A program made the translations under genes and the position numbers. From assembly GCF_902713755.1 (NCBI RefSeq), contig NZ_LR744089.1: a stretch of 32,000 nucleotides of DNA; one strand, given 5' to 3'. This document shows positions 20,269 through 29,581 of the stretch, one piece after another; position 1 is the stretch's first letter, and the number at the start of each line of letters is the position of its first letter. The notes beneath the pieces are model-generated. The model was not told the origin of the DNA. It worked only from the letters and a program-made list of their open reading frames with translations, and searched no databases. This stretch comes from Candidatus Saccharimonadota bacterium. GTDB lineage: Bacteria; Pseudomonadota; Gammaproteobacteria; Johnevansiales; Johnevansiaceae.

Positions 20269-21309
20269 TTAATTTTTTTTATGTAAATTTTTATTCAGTT
20301 TTATTATTTTTTTATTTATACGACATTCTATTCTTCCTGTTATAGAATTTCTTATAAATAATAAATTATTTTTATAAGCCAATACCTTAGCTTTAACTAT
20401 TTGTATTAATTTATTATTTATATCTAAAATTGATATTTTTGAATTTGAAGTTATATATAAGCCAGCTTCAATAATACAACAATTACCTAATGGGATACCA
20501 CATCCCGCATTAGCTCCTATTAAACAATTTTTACCTATTGATATTAAAATTTTTCCTCCCCCTGATAGTGTTCCTAAAATTGAAGCCCCACCTCCTAAAT
20601 CAGAATTTTTATTTATAAATACTCCAGATGAAATGCGTCCTTCTATCATACATGGTCCTTTAGTACCTGCATTAAAATTACAAAATCCTTCATGCATAAT
20701 TGTTGAACCTTTACCTAAATAAGCACCAAGCCGTATTCTTGATGTATCTGCTATTCTTACATTAGTTGGTATGACATAATCTGTCAGTTTAGGAAATTTA
20801 TCAATACTAAAAATTGCAATATATATATTATTTAATTTAGCTTTATTTTTTGTTTCTATAATTTCTTCACTATCAATTGGACCTACATTAGTCCAAACTA
20901 TAGTTTTCATAATATTAAATATACCAAATAAATTTATTGAATTTGGTTTACATAATCTATACGAAATGAGATGTAATTTTAAAAAAATATCTGTAATATT
21001 TAAAGGATTTTTATCATACAAAATAAAAGTAAAAATTAACAATTTTTTAGTGTTTAAAAAACTTTTGATTTTTTTTGCTGTTTTAAATTCACATATATTT
21101 TTTAATTCTAAATATAATATTAATAAATCCTTGTTAGATAAATATAAATTAAAACTATTTGAATTAATGTTGATATTAAATTTTAATTTCTTTAATAACT
21201 GTTTTACAAAAATTGTATAAGGATATATAACTGTAAAAGGATAATAAACTTCTAATATTTCATTTTTATGATTTTTACTTGCTATTCCTAAACCAAAACT
21301 AAATATCAT
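20269..21309 (-). CDS. dapD: Tetrahydrodipicolinate N-succinyltransferase, long (Pseudomonas-type) form
   Basis: Left-handed beta-helix hexapeptide repeats with a long N-terminal domain. It is colinear with the roughly 344-aa P. aeruginosa DapD (FLKLHLISYRLCKPNSINLFGIF vs YLKLHLLSHRLVKPHAVNLSGIF; the end ...LNKNLHKKN vs ...LNEALHAHN). The preferred start is ATG 21309 (AGGA 8 nt upstream, 10 nt after the map stop). The track start 21333 would overlap map by 14 nt. Confidence 0.9.
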   Translation of the reverse strand: MIFSFGLGIASKNHKNEILEVYYPFTVIYPYTIFVKQLLKKLKFNININSNSFNLYLSNKDLLILYLELKNICEFKTAKKIKSFLNTKKLLIFTFILYDKNPLNITDIFLKLHLISYRLCKPNSINLFGIFNIMKTIVWTNVGPIDSEEIIETKNKAKLNNIYIAIFSIDKFPKLTDYVIPTNVRIADTSRIRLGAYLGKGSTIMHEGFCNFNAGTKGPCMIEGRISSGVFINKNSDLGGGASILGTLSGGGKILISIGKNCLIGANAGCGIPLGNCCIIEAGLYITSNSKISILDINNKLIQIVKAKVLAYKNNLLFIRNSITGRIECRINKKIIKLNKNLHKKN

Positions 21310-21319
21310 AATAAAATTC

Positions 21320-22096
21320 CTATTTTTTTTCATTTTTACGAATTGTTGTAATAATTACACCTTTTTTTTTGATAATTAATGTATGTTCCCATTGAGCTGA
21401 GTTACTTTTATTTTTTGTAATAGTTGTCCAACCGTCTTTTAAAATTTTAATTTCAGTCCCCCTATTAATTATCATAGGTTCAACGGTTAAACACATTCCT
21501 TCTTTTAAAATAATATCATTATTATTATATCCATTATAATTAAGAACTTGAGGTTTTAAATGAAAATCAGTACCAATCCCATGACCACAAAATTCTTTTA
21601 CAACACTATATCCATTGTTGATTGCATGTGTTTGAATTATATTACCTACTTCAGAAAGTTTTATACCATCACGTATAATAGATATTGCATTATAAAGACA
21701 TTCTTGCGTAACTTTACATACTTTATAAGTTTTATTTTTTTTATTGTTTCCAACAATATACATTGAACTAGTGTCAGCATAATATCCATCTTTTATAATT
21801 GTAACATCTATATTTAAAATATCATTTGTTTTTAATTGTTTTTTATAATTAGGAATACCGTGACAAACTACATTGTTAATAGATATACAAGTAGCATGTT
21901 GATAACCTTTATATCCTATTGTTGCTGAAATACATTTTATTTTAGTTTCAATATATTTATGACAAATATTATTTATTTCTTCTGTATTAATGCCAGGTTT
22001 AATATATTCAGAAATCATTTCTAATATATTAGCTGCTAATTTTCCTACAATTATTAATTTTTTTATATCTTTTAATGAATAAATTTTAATCTTCAT
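21320..22096 (-). CDS. map: Type I methionine aminopeptidase
   Basis: 258 aa with MetAP1 metal-ligand context (VCHGIP, NIDVT..DGYYADTS, CGHGIG, LTVEP, QWEHT). It is divergent from rpsB, as in most proteobacteria. Confidence 0.95.
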   Translation of the reverse strand: MKIKIYSLKDIKKLIIVGKLAANILEMISEYIKPGINTEEINNICHKYIETKIKCISATIGYKGYQHATCISINNVVCHGIPNYKKQLKTNDILNIDVTIIKDGYYADTSSMYIVGNNKKNKTYKVCKVTQECLYNAISIIRDGIKLSEVGNIIQTHAINNGYSVVKEFCGHGIGTDFHLKPQVLNYNGYNNNDIILKEGMCLTVEPMIINRGTEIKILKDGWTTITKNKSNSAQWEHTLIIKKKGVIITTIRKNEKK

Positions 22097-22116
22097 AATT
22101 ATTTATATTATTATAT

Positions 22117-22143
22117 TTGAAGTTAATTTATTAATACTATAAT
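22117..22143 (+). promoter_or_regulatory. Weak candidate promoter for rpsB-tsf-frr
   Basis: TTGAAG (22117-22122), a 15-nt spacer, then TATAAT (22138-22143), 43 nt before the rpsB ATG. The spacer is short and the region is almost pure A/T, so a chance match is likely. Confidence 0.25.
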
Positions 22144-22185
22144 ATATTTATTAATATTAATATATATATAAGGAATTATATTTTT

Positions 22186-22857
22186 ATGCTAATTAAAATG
22201 CATGATTTATTAAAAGCTGGTGCACATTTCGGTCATCAAACAAAGTTTTGGAATCCAAAAATGAAAAAATATATATATGGAATAAATAATAAAATCCACA
22301 TTTTAAATTTAGAATATACATTTATTGCTCTGAAACAAGTTCATTCCATTATCAAAAAAATTATAAGTAAGAATAAAAAAATAATTTTTGTTGGTACTAA
22401 AAAAGCCGCTAATGTAATTATTTCTGAAGAAGCAACAAAAGTGGATCAACCTTATGTTAATCATAGATGGTTAGGTGGGATGTTAACTAATTATAAAACT
22501 ATTAGACAATCAATAAAAAAATTACGTGAATTAGAATTAATGCGTGATAATGGAATTTTAAACAAATTAACAAAAAAAGAAATTTTATTAACCAATAGAA
22601 AATTACAAAAATTAGAAAAATGTTTAGGTGGGATAAAAAATATGATTGGTTTACCTGAAGCTTTATTTGTAATTGATGTTACTAAAGAAAGAATTGCTAT
22701 AAATGAAGCTAATAAATTAGGTATATTAGTTATTGGTATTGTTGATACAAATTCTAATCCCGATGGTATAGATTATATAATTCCCGGAAATGATGATTCT
22801 ATAAACGCTATAAAAATATATACTAAAATTATAGCCAATTATTGTAAAAAAACATAA
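22186..22857 (+). CDS. rpsB: 30S ribosomal protein S2
   Basis: 223 aa. [30 protein letters not shown] and [20 protein letters not shown] match E. coli S2. AGGA lies 11 nt upstream. It lacks the acidic C-terminal tail of E. coli S2. Confidence 0.96.
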   Translation: MLIKMHDLLKAGAHFGHQTKFWNPKMKKYIYGINNKIHILNLEYTFIALKQVHSIIKKIISKNKKIIFVGTKKAANVIISEEATKVDQPYVNHRWLGGMLTNYKTIRQSIKKLRELELMRDNGILNKLTKKEILLTNRKLQKLEKCLGGIKNMIGLPEALFVIDVTKERIAINEANKLGILVIGIVDTNSNPDGIDYIIPGNDDSINAIKIYTKIIANYCKKT

Positions 22858-22875
22858 ATAATAAAAATAAATATC

Positions 22876-23658
22876 ATGAATAATATCAAATTAATAAAAA
22901 AATTAAGAAATAGTACTGGATTAGGTATTATGACATGTAAAAAAGCACTTACTAAATATAAAGGTAATATAAACTTAGCTATAAATTATTTACTTACTAT
23001 ACATAGATTAAAATCAAAAGAAAATATTCCAAAAGAAGGAATAATAAAAATAAAATTTTCAAAAACTTTATTTTTAATGTTAGAAATTAATTGTGAAACA
23101 GATTTTGTATCTAATGATATTAATTTTATCCGTTTTGTAAATAAAGTTGCTAATAAATCTTTATATACCAATCAAAAAAATATAAAAAAATTATTTGATG
23201 ATAAATTAGAATTAGATAGAAAAAATTTAATAACAAAATTAAATGAAAATATTATTGTACGTAAATTAATATTAATAAAAAAATATATTAATAATACAAT
23301 AGGTTATTATAATCATAAAAATCGATTAGGTTCTTTAGTAATTATAAAAAATTGTAATTTACAAATTGCAAATGATATTGCTATGCAAATTATAGCTACA
23401 AATCCAAATGTAATTTATATTAAAGATTTTACAAATGAAGAAATAAAAAAAGAAAAATCATATATATTATCTAATATAAAACATAAACCATTAAATATAA
23501 TTAATAAAATAATAAAAAATAAATTACAAAAATATTTAAACGAAAATAGTTTAGTTAATCAATCTTTTATAAAAGATAATAAAATAAAAATTTCAAATTA
23601 TTTATCACATAATAGTAAAATAATTAAATTTTTTAGATTTGAAATAGGCAAATTATAA
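22876..23658 (+). CDS. tsf: Elongation factor Ts
   Basis: 260 aa with the N-terminal UBA-like motif LRNSTGLGIMTCKKAL, EINCETDFV and the C-terminal FFRFEIG. Colinear with E. coli EF-Ts (283 aa). Confidence 0.92.
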   Translation: MNNIKLIKKLRNSTGLGIMTCKKALTKYKGNINLAINYLLTIHRLKSKENIPKEGIIKIKFSKTLFLMLEINCETDFVSNDINFIRFVNKVANKSLYTNQKNIKKLFDDKLELDRKNLITKLNENIIVRKLILIKKYINNTIGYYNHKNRLGSLVIIKNCNLQIANDIAMQIIATNPNVIYIKDFTNEEIKKEKSYILSNIKHKPLNIINKIIKNKLQKYLNENSLVNQSFIKDNKIKISNYLSHNSKIIKFFRFEIGKL

Positions 23659-24203
23659 TGGAGACTGAGACATTTATAAAAAATACTTCATTTTTAATGG
23701 AAAAAAGTATTAAATTATTAAATTTAAATTTTAATAAACTTCGTTCAAATAAAATAAATCCAGAAATAATATATAATATTTATATTATTTATCATGGCAA
23801 ACAAACATATCTAAAAAATTTATCTAATATTTATGTTGAAAATTCACATACTTTAATAATTAATCCTTGGGATAATAAAATTATTAATGAAATAAAAAAA
23901 GCTATTTTTATAAATTTAGAAATTAATCCAATTATAAACAATAATAATATTAAATTAATATTTCCACCATTAACAGAAGAAACACGTAAAAGTTATATTC
24001 TTAAAGCGAGATCATTTGCAGAAATCAGTAAAATATATATACGTAACACACGTCGTAATATAAAAAAAGATATAAAAAAATATAAATATAATATTGATAA
24101 ATCTAATAAATTAGAAGTAATTTTACAACAATTAACTGATAAATATATAAATATTATAAAAAAAATATTAAAAAAAAAAGAAAAAGATTTACTAAAAATT
24201 TAA
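23658..24203 (+). CDS. frr: Ribosome recycling factor
   Basis: 181 aa, colinear with E. coli RRF (185 aa), with PPLTEETRK matching PPLTEERRK. The ATG overlaps the tsf TAA by 1 nt (TAATG). Confidence 0.92.
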   Translation: METETFIKNTSFLMEKSIKLLNLNFNKLRSNKINPEIIYNIYIIYHGKQTYLKNLSNIYVENSHTLIINPWDNKIINEIKKAIFINLEINPIINNNNIKLIFPPLTEETRKSYILKARSFAEISKIYIRNTRRNIKKDIKKYKYNIDKSNKLEVILQQLTDKYINIIKKILKKKEKDLLKI

Positions 24204-24207
24204 AAAT

Positions 24208-27027
24208 ATGAATACTTTTATTCATTTACGTATACATAGTGAATATTCTTTAATAGATAGTATTATTAAAATAAAATCTTTAATTGATAATATAAAAAAA
24301 CTTAATATACCTGCAATTTGTATAACTGATGAAAATAATATATTTAGTTTAATAAAATATTATAAAACTTCTATAAGAAATGGTATTAAACCAATAATCG
24401 GTTGTGATTTAAAAATTAATTCTAAAAATAAAAGTTATAAAATAACTTTATTAGCTATGAATAATATTGGATATTATAATCTTATAAAATTAATTACTTT
24501 ATCTTGTAAAGGGATATTAACAAAAAAATATATATTTAAATTTTCAAAAGGATTAATTGTCCTTTCAGGAGCTAGTAAAGGTGAAATAGGTTATTTGTTA
24601 CTTTCAAAAAATATAAAAAAAGCTACTAAAATTCTAAATCAATGGAAAAAAGTTTTTAATAATAGGTTTTATTTAGAAATACAAAGAATAGGTTTACAAA
24701 ATGAAGAAGAATTATTATCTAAATCAATAGATTTAGCTATTAATACAAATATTCCTGTGGTTGCAACCAATGATGTATTGTTTATAAAAAAAGAAGATTT
24801 TTATATCCATCAAACAAGAGTTGCTATAAATGAAGGTAAAGTAATTAACAATTCAAATAAAAAAGATTTTTATAGTAAAGAACAATATTTAAAAACACCT
24901 AATGATATGATTAATTTATTTAAAGATATTCCAGAAGCTATTGAAAATAGTATAATGATTGCAATTCGTTGTAATGTAAATGTAACATTAAATAAAAAAA
25001 ATGTTTTTTTTCCAAAATTTAATTTATCTAAAAATATCAATATAAAAAAATATTTTATATATATATCAAATAAAGGATTAAATAATCGTTTAATAAAAAA
25101 CAATATATTAAAAAATAACAAAATTATCAAATATAAAAATAGATTGTATGAAGAAATTAATACTATTAATAATATGGGTTTTATTGAATATTTTTTAATA
25201 GTAATGAATTTTATAAAATGGGCAAAAAAAACAAATATACCCGTAGGACCTGGTAGAGGTTCTGGAGCAGGATCTTTAGTTGCTTATTCGTTAGAAATTA
25301 CAGACGTTGATCCTATAAAATATGATCTTTTATTTGAAAGATTTCTGAATCCTGAAAGAATTAATATGCCTGATTTTGATATTGATTTTTGTATGAAACA
25401 ACGTGATAAAGTAATAAACTATGTAACTAAATTATATGGTAAAAATTTAGTATCACATATTGTTACTTTTAGTACAATGACAGCTAAATCTGTAATAAGA
25501 GATGTTACTAGAGTACAAGGTAAACCTTATTGGTTAGGTGATAAATTATCAAAATTAATACCTTTTGATTTAGGTATAAAGTTAACTAAAGCTTTTAATA
25601 AATCAGTAGAATTACGAAAGTTAATTAAAACTAATGAAGAAGCTAATGAAATTTGGGAAATGTCTTTAAAATTAGAAGGTATAATTAAAGGAATAGGAAA
25701 ACACGCAGGAGGAATAATAATTGCTCCTACAAAATTAATTAATTTTTCTCCAATATTATGTGATGATCAAGGAAAAAATATAATACAATTTGATAAAAAT
25801 GATATAAAATATTTAGGTTTAATTAAATTTGATTTTTTAGGCTTAAGAACATTAACAGTAATTAATTATACTTTAAAATTAATAAATAAATCAATAAAAA
25901 AACAAATTGATATTAATAATATCCCTTTAAATGATTTGAAATCTTTTAATTTATTAAAAAAAGCTGAAACTACTTCTATTTTTCAATTAGAATCACAAGG
26001 TATGAAAGAATTAATAAAAAAATTAAAACCAAATAATATTAATGATATAATATCATTGATAGCTTTATTTAGACCGGGTCCTTTAAATTCTGGTATGGTA
26101 GATGAGTTTATAAAAAGAAAAAATGGTAAACAAATAAATTATTCAGATTTTAATACCTTAATCAAACCAATATTAAAATCAACTTATGGAATAATTTTAT
26201 ATCAAGAACAAGTAATGAAAATTACTAATTTATTAACTGGTTTTAGTCTTGGAAAATCAGATTTATTTCGTCGTGCCATAGAAAAAAATAAAAATATAAA
26301 AAAATATCGTATAAATTTTATAAAAAATTGTATTAATAATAATATAAAAAAATATATTGCAATTAAAAATTTTGAAGTTATAAATAAATTTGCTGGTTAT
26401 GGTTTTAATAAATCACATTCAACTGCTTATGGATTAATTTCTTACAAAACAATATGGTTTAAAAGTAATTATCCTAGTCAATATATGGCATCTGTATTAT
26501 CTACAGAAATGTATAATATTGATAAAATAATACCAATTATATCAGAATGTAAAAGAATGAAATTAAAAATTTTACCTCCTGATATAAATATAAGTAATTA
26601 TAAATTTAGTGTAGATAAAAAAAATAATATTCTTTATGGATTAGGTGCTATTAAAGGAATAGGTGAAGAATTTATTAAAGAAATTATCATTAATAGAAAA
26701 AAATATGGTAAATTTTATGATTTATTTGATTTTTGTAAACGTATAGATATAAAATATTTAAATAAACGTAATTTATCTGCTTTAATATTTTCTGGTAGTT
26801 TAGATAAGATTGGTCCATCTAGAGAAATTATTTTATATACTATTAATACTGCAATAAAAATTGCTTATCAAAATAAACATAATATAATAATGGGGATTAA
26901 TGATTTATTTAATAATATTTCTAATGGATATAAAAAATATGAATATGTTAAACAATTTAAAAATTTAGAAATATTACAAGGAGAAAAAAATACTTTAGGA
27001 ATATATATATCTTTTATAAATTCTTAG
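24208..27027 (+). CDS. dnaE: DNA polymerase III alpha subunit, C-terminally truncated form
   Basis: 939 aa with PHP domain (HLRIHSEYS), palm (GPGRGSGAGSLVAY, PDFDIDF), fingers and an internal clamp-binding-like GINDLF. The ORF ends 6 codons after EKNTLGIY, which matches E. coli ERETLGLYLTGHP. The OB-fold and tau-binding regions are therefore absent. Confidence 0.93.
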   Translation: MNTFIHLRIHSEYSLIDSIIKIKSLIDNIKKLNIPAICITDENNIFSLIKYYKTSIRNGIKPIIGCDLKINSKNKSYKITLLAMNNIGYYNLIKLITLSCKGILTKKYIFKFSKGLIVLSGASKGEIGYLLLSKNIKKATKILNQWKKVFNNRFYLEIQRIGLQNEEELLSKSIDLAINTNIPVVATNDVLFIKKEDFYIHQTRVAINEGKVINNSNKKDFYSKEQYLKTPNDMINLFKDIPEAIENSIMIAIRCNVNVTLNKKNVFFPKFNLSKNINIKKYFIYISNKGLNNRLIKNNILKNNKIIKYKNRLYEEINTINNMGFIEYFLIVMNFIKWAKKTNIPVGPGRGSGAGSLVAYSLEITDVDPIKYDLLFERFLNPERINMPDFDIDFCMKQRDKVINYVTKLYGKNLVSHIVTFSTMTAKSVIRDVTRVQGKPYWLGDKLSKLIPFDLGIKLTKAFNKSVELRKLIKTNEEANEIWEMSLKLEGIIKGIGKHAGGIIIAPTKLINFSPILCDDQGKNIIQFDKNDIKYLGLIKFDFLGLRTLTVINYTLKLINKSIKKQIDINNIPLNDLKSFNLLKKAETTSIFQLESQGMKELIKKLKPNNINDIISLIALFRPGPLNSGMVDEFIKRKNGKQINYSDFNTLIKPILKSTYGIILYQEQVMKITNLLTGFSLGKSDLFRRAIEKNKNIKKYRINFIKNCINNNIKKYIAIKNFEVINKFAGYGFNKSHSTAYGLISYKTIWFKSNYPSQYMASVLSTEMYNIDKIIPIISECKRMKLKILPPDINISNYKFSVDKKNNILYGLGAIKGIGEEFIKEIIINRKKYGKFYDLFDFCKRIDIKYLNKRNLSALIFSGSLDKIGPSREIILYTINTAIKIAYQNKHNIIMGINDLFNNISNGYKKYEYVKQFKNLEILQGEKNTLGIYISFINS

Positions 27028-27036
27028 TTAAATATT

Positions 27037-28278
27037 ATGTATTTATCACAATATTATTTATATTCAATAATCAAATCTTTAAATATAAAAAAATTATGTA
27101 TTGCTTTATCTGGTGGAAGAGATAGTATATGTTTATTAGATATAACATATAAATCATTAAAAAAATTAAAAACAAATAATTTAATACCTAAAATATATGC
27201 TATTCATATAAATCATTATATGAATAAATCCTCGGAAACTTGTGAAAAGTTTTGTATTAAATATTGTAATATGTTTAATATACCTTTAATAATAAAAAGA
27301 CAAAAAAAATATATTAATAATATAGAATTATCAGCGCGGAATTTTAGATATTTTTGGTTTACTTATTATTTAAATAAAAATGATGGTATTTTTATAGCAC
27401 ATAATAATGATGATCAAATAGAAAATTTAATGTTAAAAACAATTAAAGGATGTGGAATTTATGGATTAGCAAGTATTCCTTATAAACGTAAATTGGGTTA
27501 TGGATTTTTAATTAGACCTTTTTTAAATATATCACGTATAACAATAAATAATTATATAAAAAAATATAAACTTAATTGGTTTGAAGATAAAACAAATTTC
27601 AATATAAAATTTGATCGGAATTATTTAAGACATAATATAATACCTAAAATAAAAAATAGGTGGCCATTCTTTTATATTACATTAAATAAATGTATTGAAA
27701 AATTTAAAGAATCAAATCATTTATTAAATGAATTTTCAAAAGAAATATTTAAAATTATTGGTTATAATTCAAAAAAAATATATATAAAAAAATTAATAAA
27801 ACTTTCTTATTATAAATTAAGAATATTAATTATTTATTGTTTAAATAATATAGGTTATATCAATCCATCAAAAAACAAAATAAATGAATTAATAAATCAA
27901 ATATTTAATGCAAAATATTCTTCTTCAATATTAATAAATTTTAATAAGATTGAAGCTAGAATTTGGAAAGGATTTTTATATTTTTCTTATAAAAATCAAC
28001 ATGACAATATATTTTATAGTTGGGAGTTATATTGTATTAATAAATTTAATAAATTAAATATTAAAATTTTTAATCTTAAAGGAGGAGAAAAAATAATACA
28101 TTATGGTAAAATAAAAAGGATAAAAATTTTATTACAAAAATTATCAATTAAACCTTGGGAACGTAAAAAATTTATAATTATTTATTATAAAGATAAAATA
28201 GTAGCTGCATTAAATAATACTTGTTCTTTAGTTACTGATAATTGGAGTGCTAAACTTAAAATAAAATATCCTTTTTAA
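27037..28278 (+). CDS. tilS: tRNA(Ile)-lysidine synthase
   Basis: 413 aa with the PP-loop SGGRDS about 25 residues from the N-terminus, HNNDDQIEN (compare HLDDQCET) and DKTN...DRNYLRH (compare DESN...DRNFLR). It lies downstream of dnaE, as in E. coli and Pseudomonas after loss of accA. Confidence 0.88.
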   Translation: MYLSQYYLYSIIKSLNIKKLCIALSGGRDSICLLDITYKSLKKLKTNNLIPKIYAIHINHYMNKSSETCEKFCIKYCNMFNIPLIIKRQKKYINNIELSARNFRYFWFTYYLNKNDGIFIAHNNDDQIENLMLKTIKGCGIYGLASIPYKRKLGYGFLIRPFLNISRITINNYIKKYKLNWFEDKTNFNIKFDRNYLRHNIIPKIKNRWPFFYITLNKCIEKFKESNHLLNEFSKEIFKIIGYNSKKIYIKKLIKLSYYKLRILIIYCLNNIGYINPSKNKINELINQIFNAKYSSSILINFNKIEARIWKGFLYFSYKNQHDNIFYSWELYCINKFNKLNIKIFNLKGGEKIIHYGKIKRIKILLQKLSIKPWERKKFIIIYYKDKIVAALNNTCSLVTDNWSAKLKIKYPF

Positions 28279-28305
28279 TATAATAGAAATTATTTTTTAT
28301 ACAAT

Positions 28306-29565
28306 ATGAATTTAAATGAACTTAAAAAAAAAAATGTACATGAATTATTAGAATTAGCTATATCTATGAATATAGATAATATCTTACGTTCTAGAAAACA
28401 AGATATTATATTTGCTATTCTAAAAAAACAAGCTAAAGGTGGAGAAGATATTTATGGAGAAGGAGTTTTAGAAATTTTACAAGAAGGTTTTGGTTTTTTA
28501 AGAAGTTCTGATAGTTCTTATCAAGCCGGCCCTGATGATATATATGTTTCTCCATCACAAATTAGACGTTTTAATTTACGTAAAGGTGATAGTATTTATG
28601 GTAAAATACGTCCTCCTAAAGTTGGGGAAAGATATTTTGCTTTATTAAAAGTAAATAAAATCAATTTTGATAGAATAGAAACTGTTAAAAAAAAAATTTT
28701 ATTTGAAAATTTAACTCCATTATTTCCAAATTATAGATTAATTATGGAAATTGGTAATGGTTCTAATGAAGATTTAACGTCTAGAATTTTAGATTTAGTT
28801 GCTCCTATAGGTAAAGGACAACGTGGTTTAATTGTTTCTCCTCCTAAAGCAGGTAAAACTATGATGATGCAAAACATTGCTAATGCTATAGTACGCAATA
28901 GTCCTGAATGTTATTTAATTTTTTTATTAATTGATGAACGTCCTGAAGAAGTAACAGAAATGTCTAGAACGGTAATCGGTGAAGTTATCGCATCTACATT
29001 TGATGAACCACCTAAAAGACATGTCCAAGTAGCTGAAATGGTTATAGAAAAAGCTAAAAGATTAGTTGAACATAAAAAAGATGTAGTTATACTGTTAGAT
29101 TCTATTACTAGATTAGCAAGAGCTTACAATACAGTAGTTCCTTCTTCTGGTAAAGTATTAACAGGGGGAGTTGATTCAAATGCTCTTGAAAAACCTAAAA
29201 GATTTTTTGGTGTAGCACGCAATATAGAAGAAGGTGGAAGCTTAACTATTTTAGCATCTGCTTTAATAGATACTGGATCAAAAATGGATGATATAATTTT
29301 TGAAGAATTTAAAGGTACAGGTAATATGGAAGCACATTTAGATCGGAAATTAGCTGAAAAAAGAGTTTTTCCTGCAATAAATATTAGACGTTCTGGTACT
29401 CGTAGAGAGGATTTATTATGTAGTGAAGAAGAAATACAACGTATGTGGATTTTACGGAAATTATTACATACAATGGAAGATGTATCGGCAACAGAATTAT
29501 TAATAGATAGATTAAAAAATACGAAAAATAATATAGAATTTTTTGAATCAATGAAAAGAAGATAA
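28306..29565 (+). CDS. rho: Transcription termination factor Rho
   Basis: 419 aa, the same length as E. coli Rho and highly similar throughout ([35 protein letters not shown]). Confidence 0.97.
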   Translation: MNLNELKKKNVHELLELAISMNIDNILRSRKQDIIFAILKKQAKGGEDIYGEGVLEILQEGFGFLRSSDSSYQAGPDDIYVSPSQIRRFNLRKGDSIYGKIRPPKVGERYFALLKVNKINFDRIETVKKKILFENLTPLFPNYRLIMEIGNGSNEDLTSRILDLVAPIGKGQRGLIVSPPKAGKTMMMQNIANAIVRNSPECYLIFLLIDERPEEVTEMSRTVIGEVIASTFDEPPKRHVQVAEMVIEKAKRLVEHKKDVVILLDSITRLARAYNTVVPSSGKVLTGGVDSNALEKPKRFFGVARNIEEGGSLTILASALIDTGSKMDDIIFEEFKGTGNMEAHLDRKLAEKRVFPAINIRRSGTRREDLLCSEEEIQRMWILRKLLHTMEDVSATELLIDRLKNTKNNIEFFESMKRR

Positions 29566-29581
29566 AATAAGGAATTTAGTT

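Noticed and set aside
17833-22185. The switch from minus-strand to plus-strand genes read as a replication origin.
   Set aside because: The divergent map/rpsB arrangement is ancestral in proteobacteria. I found only isolated 7-of-9 DnaA-box-like matches inside rho, rpsB and metE, with no cluster in the spacers. I cannot compute skew by eye, so the region remains testable with a cumulative GC-skew plot on the full genome.
26990-27040. dnaE as a frameshifted pseudogene whose C-terminus continues in another frame.
   Set aside because: tilS, with an intact N-terminus and PP-loop, begins 9 nt after the dnaE stop. No sequence is left that could encode the missing domains, and the upstream 939 codons are uninterrupted and well conserved.
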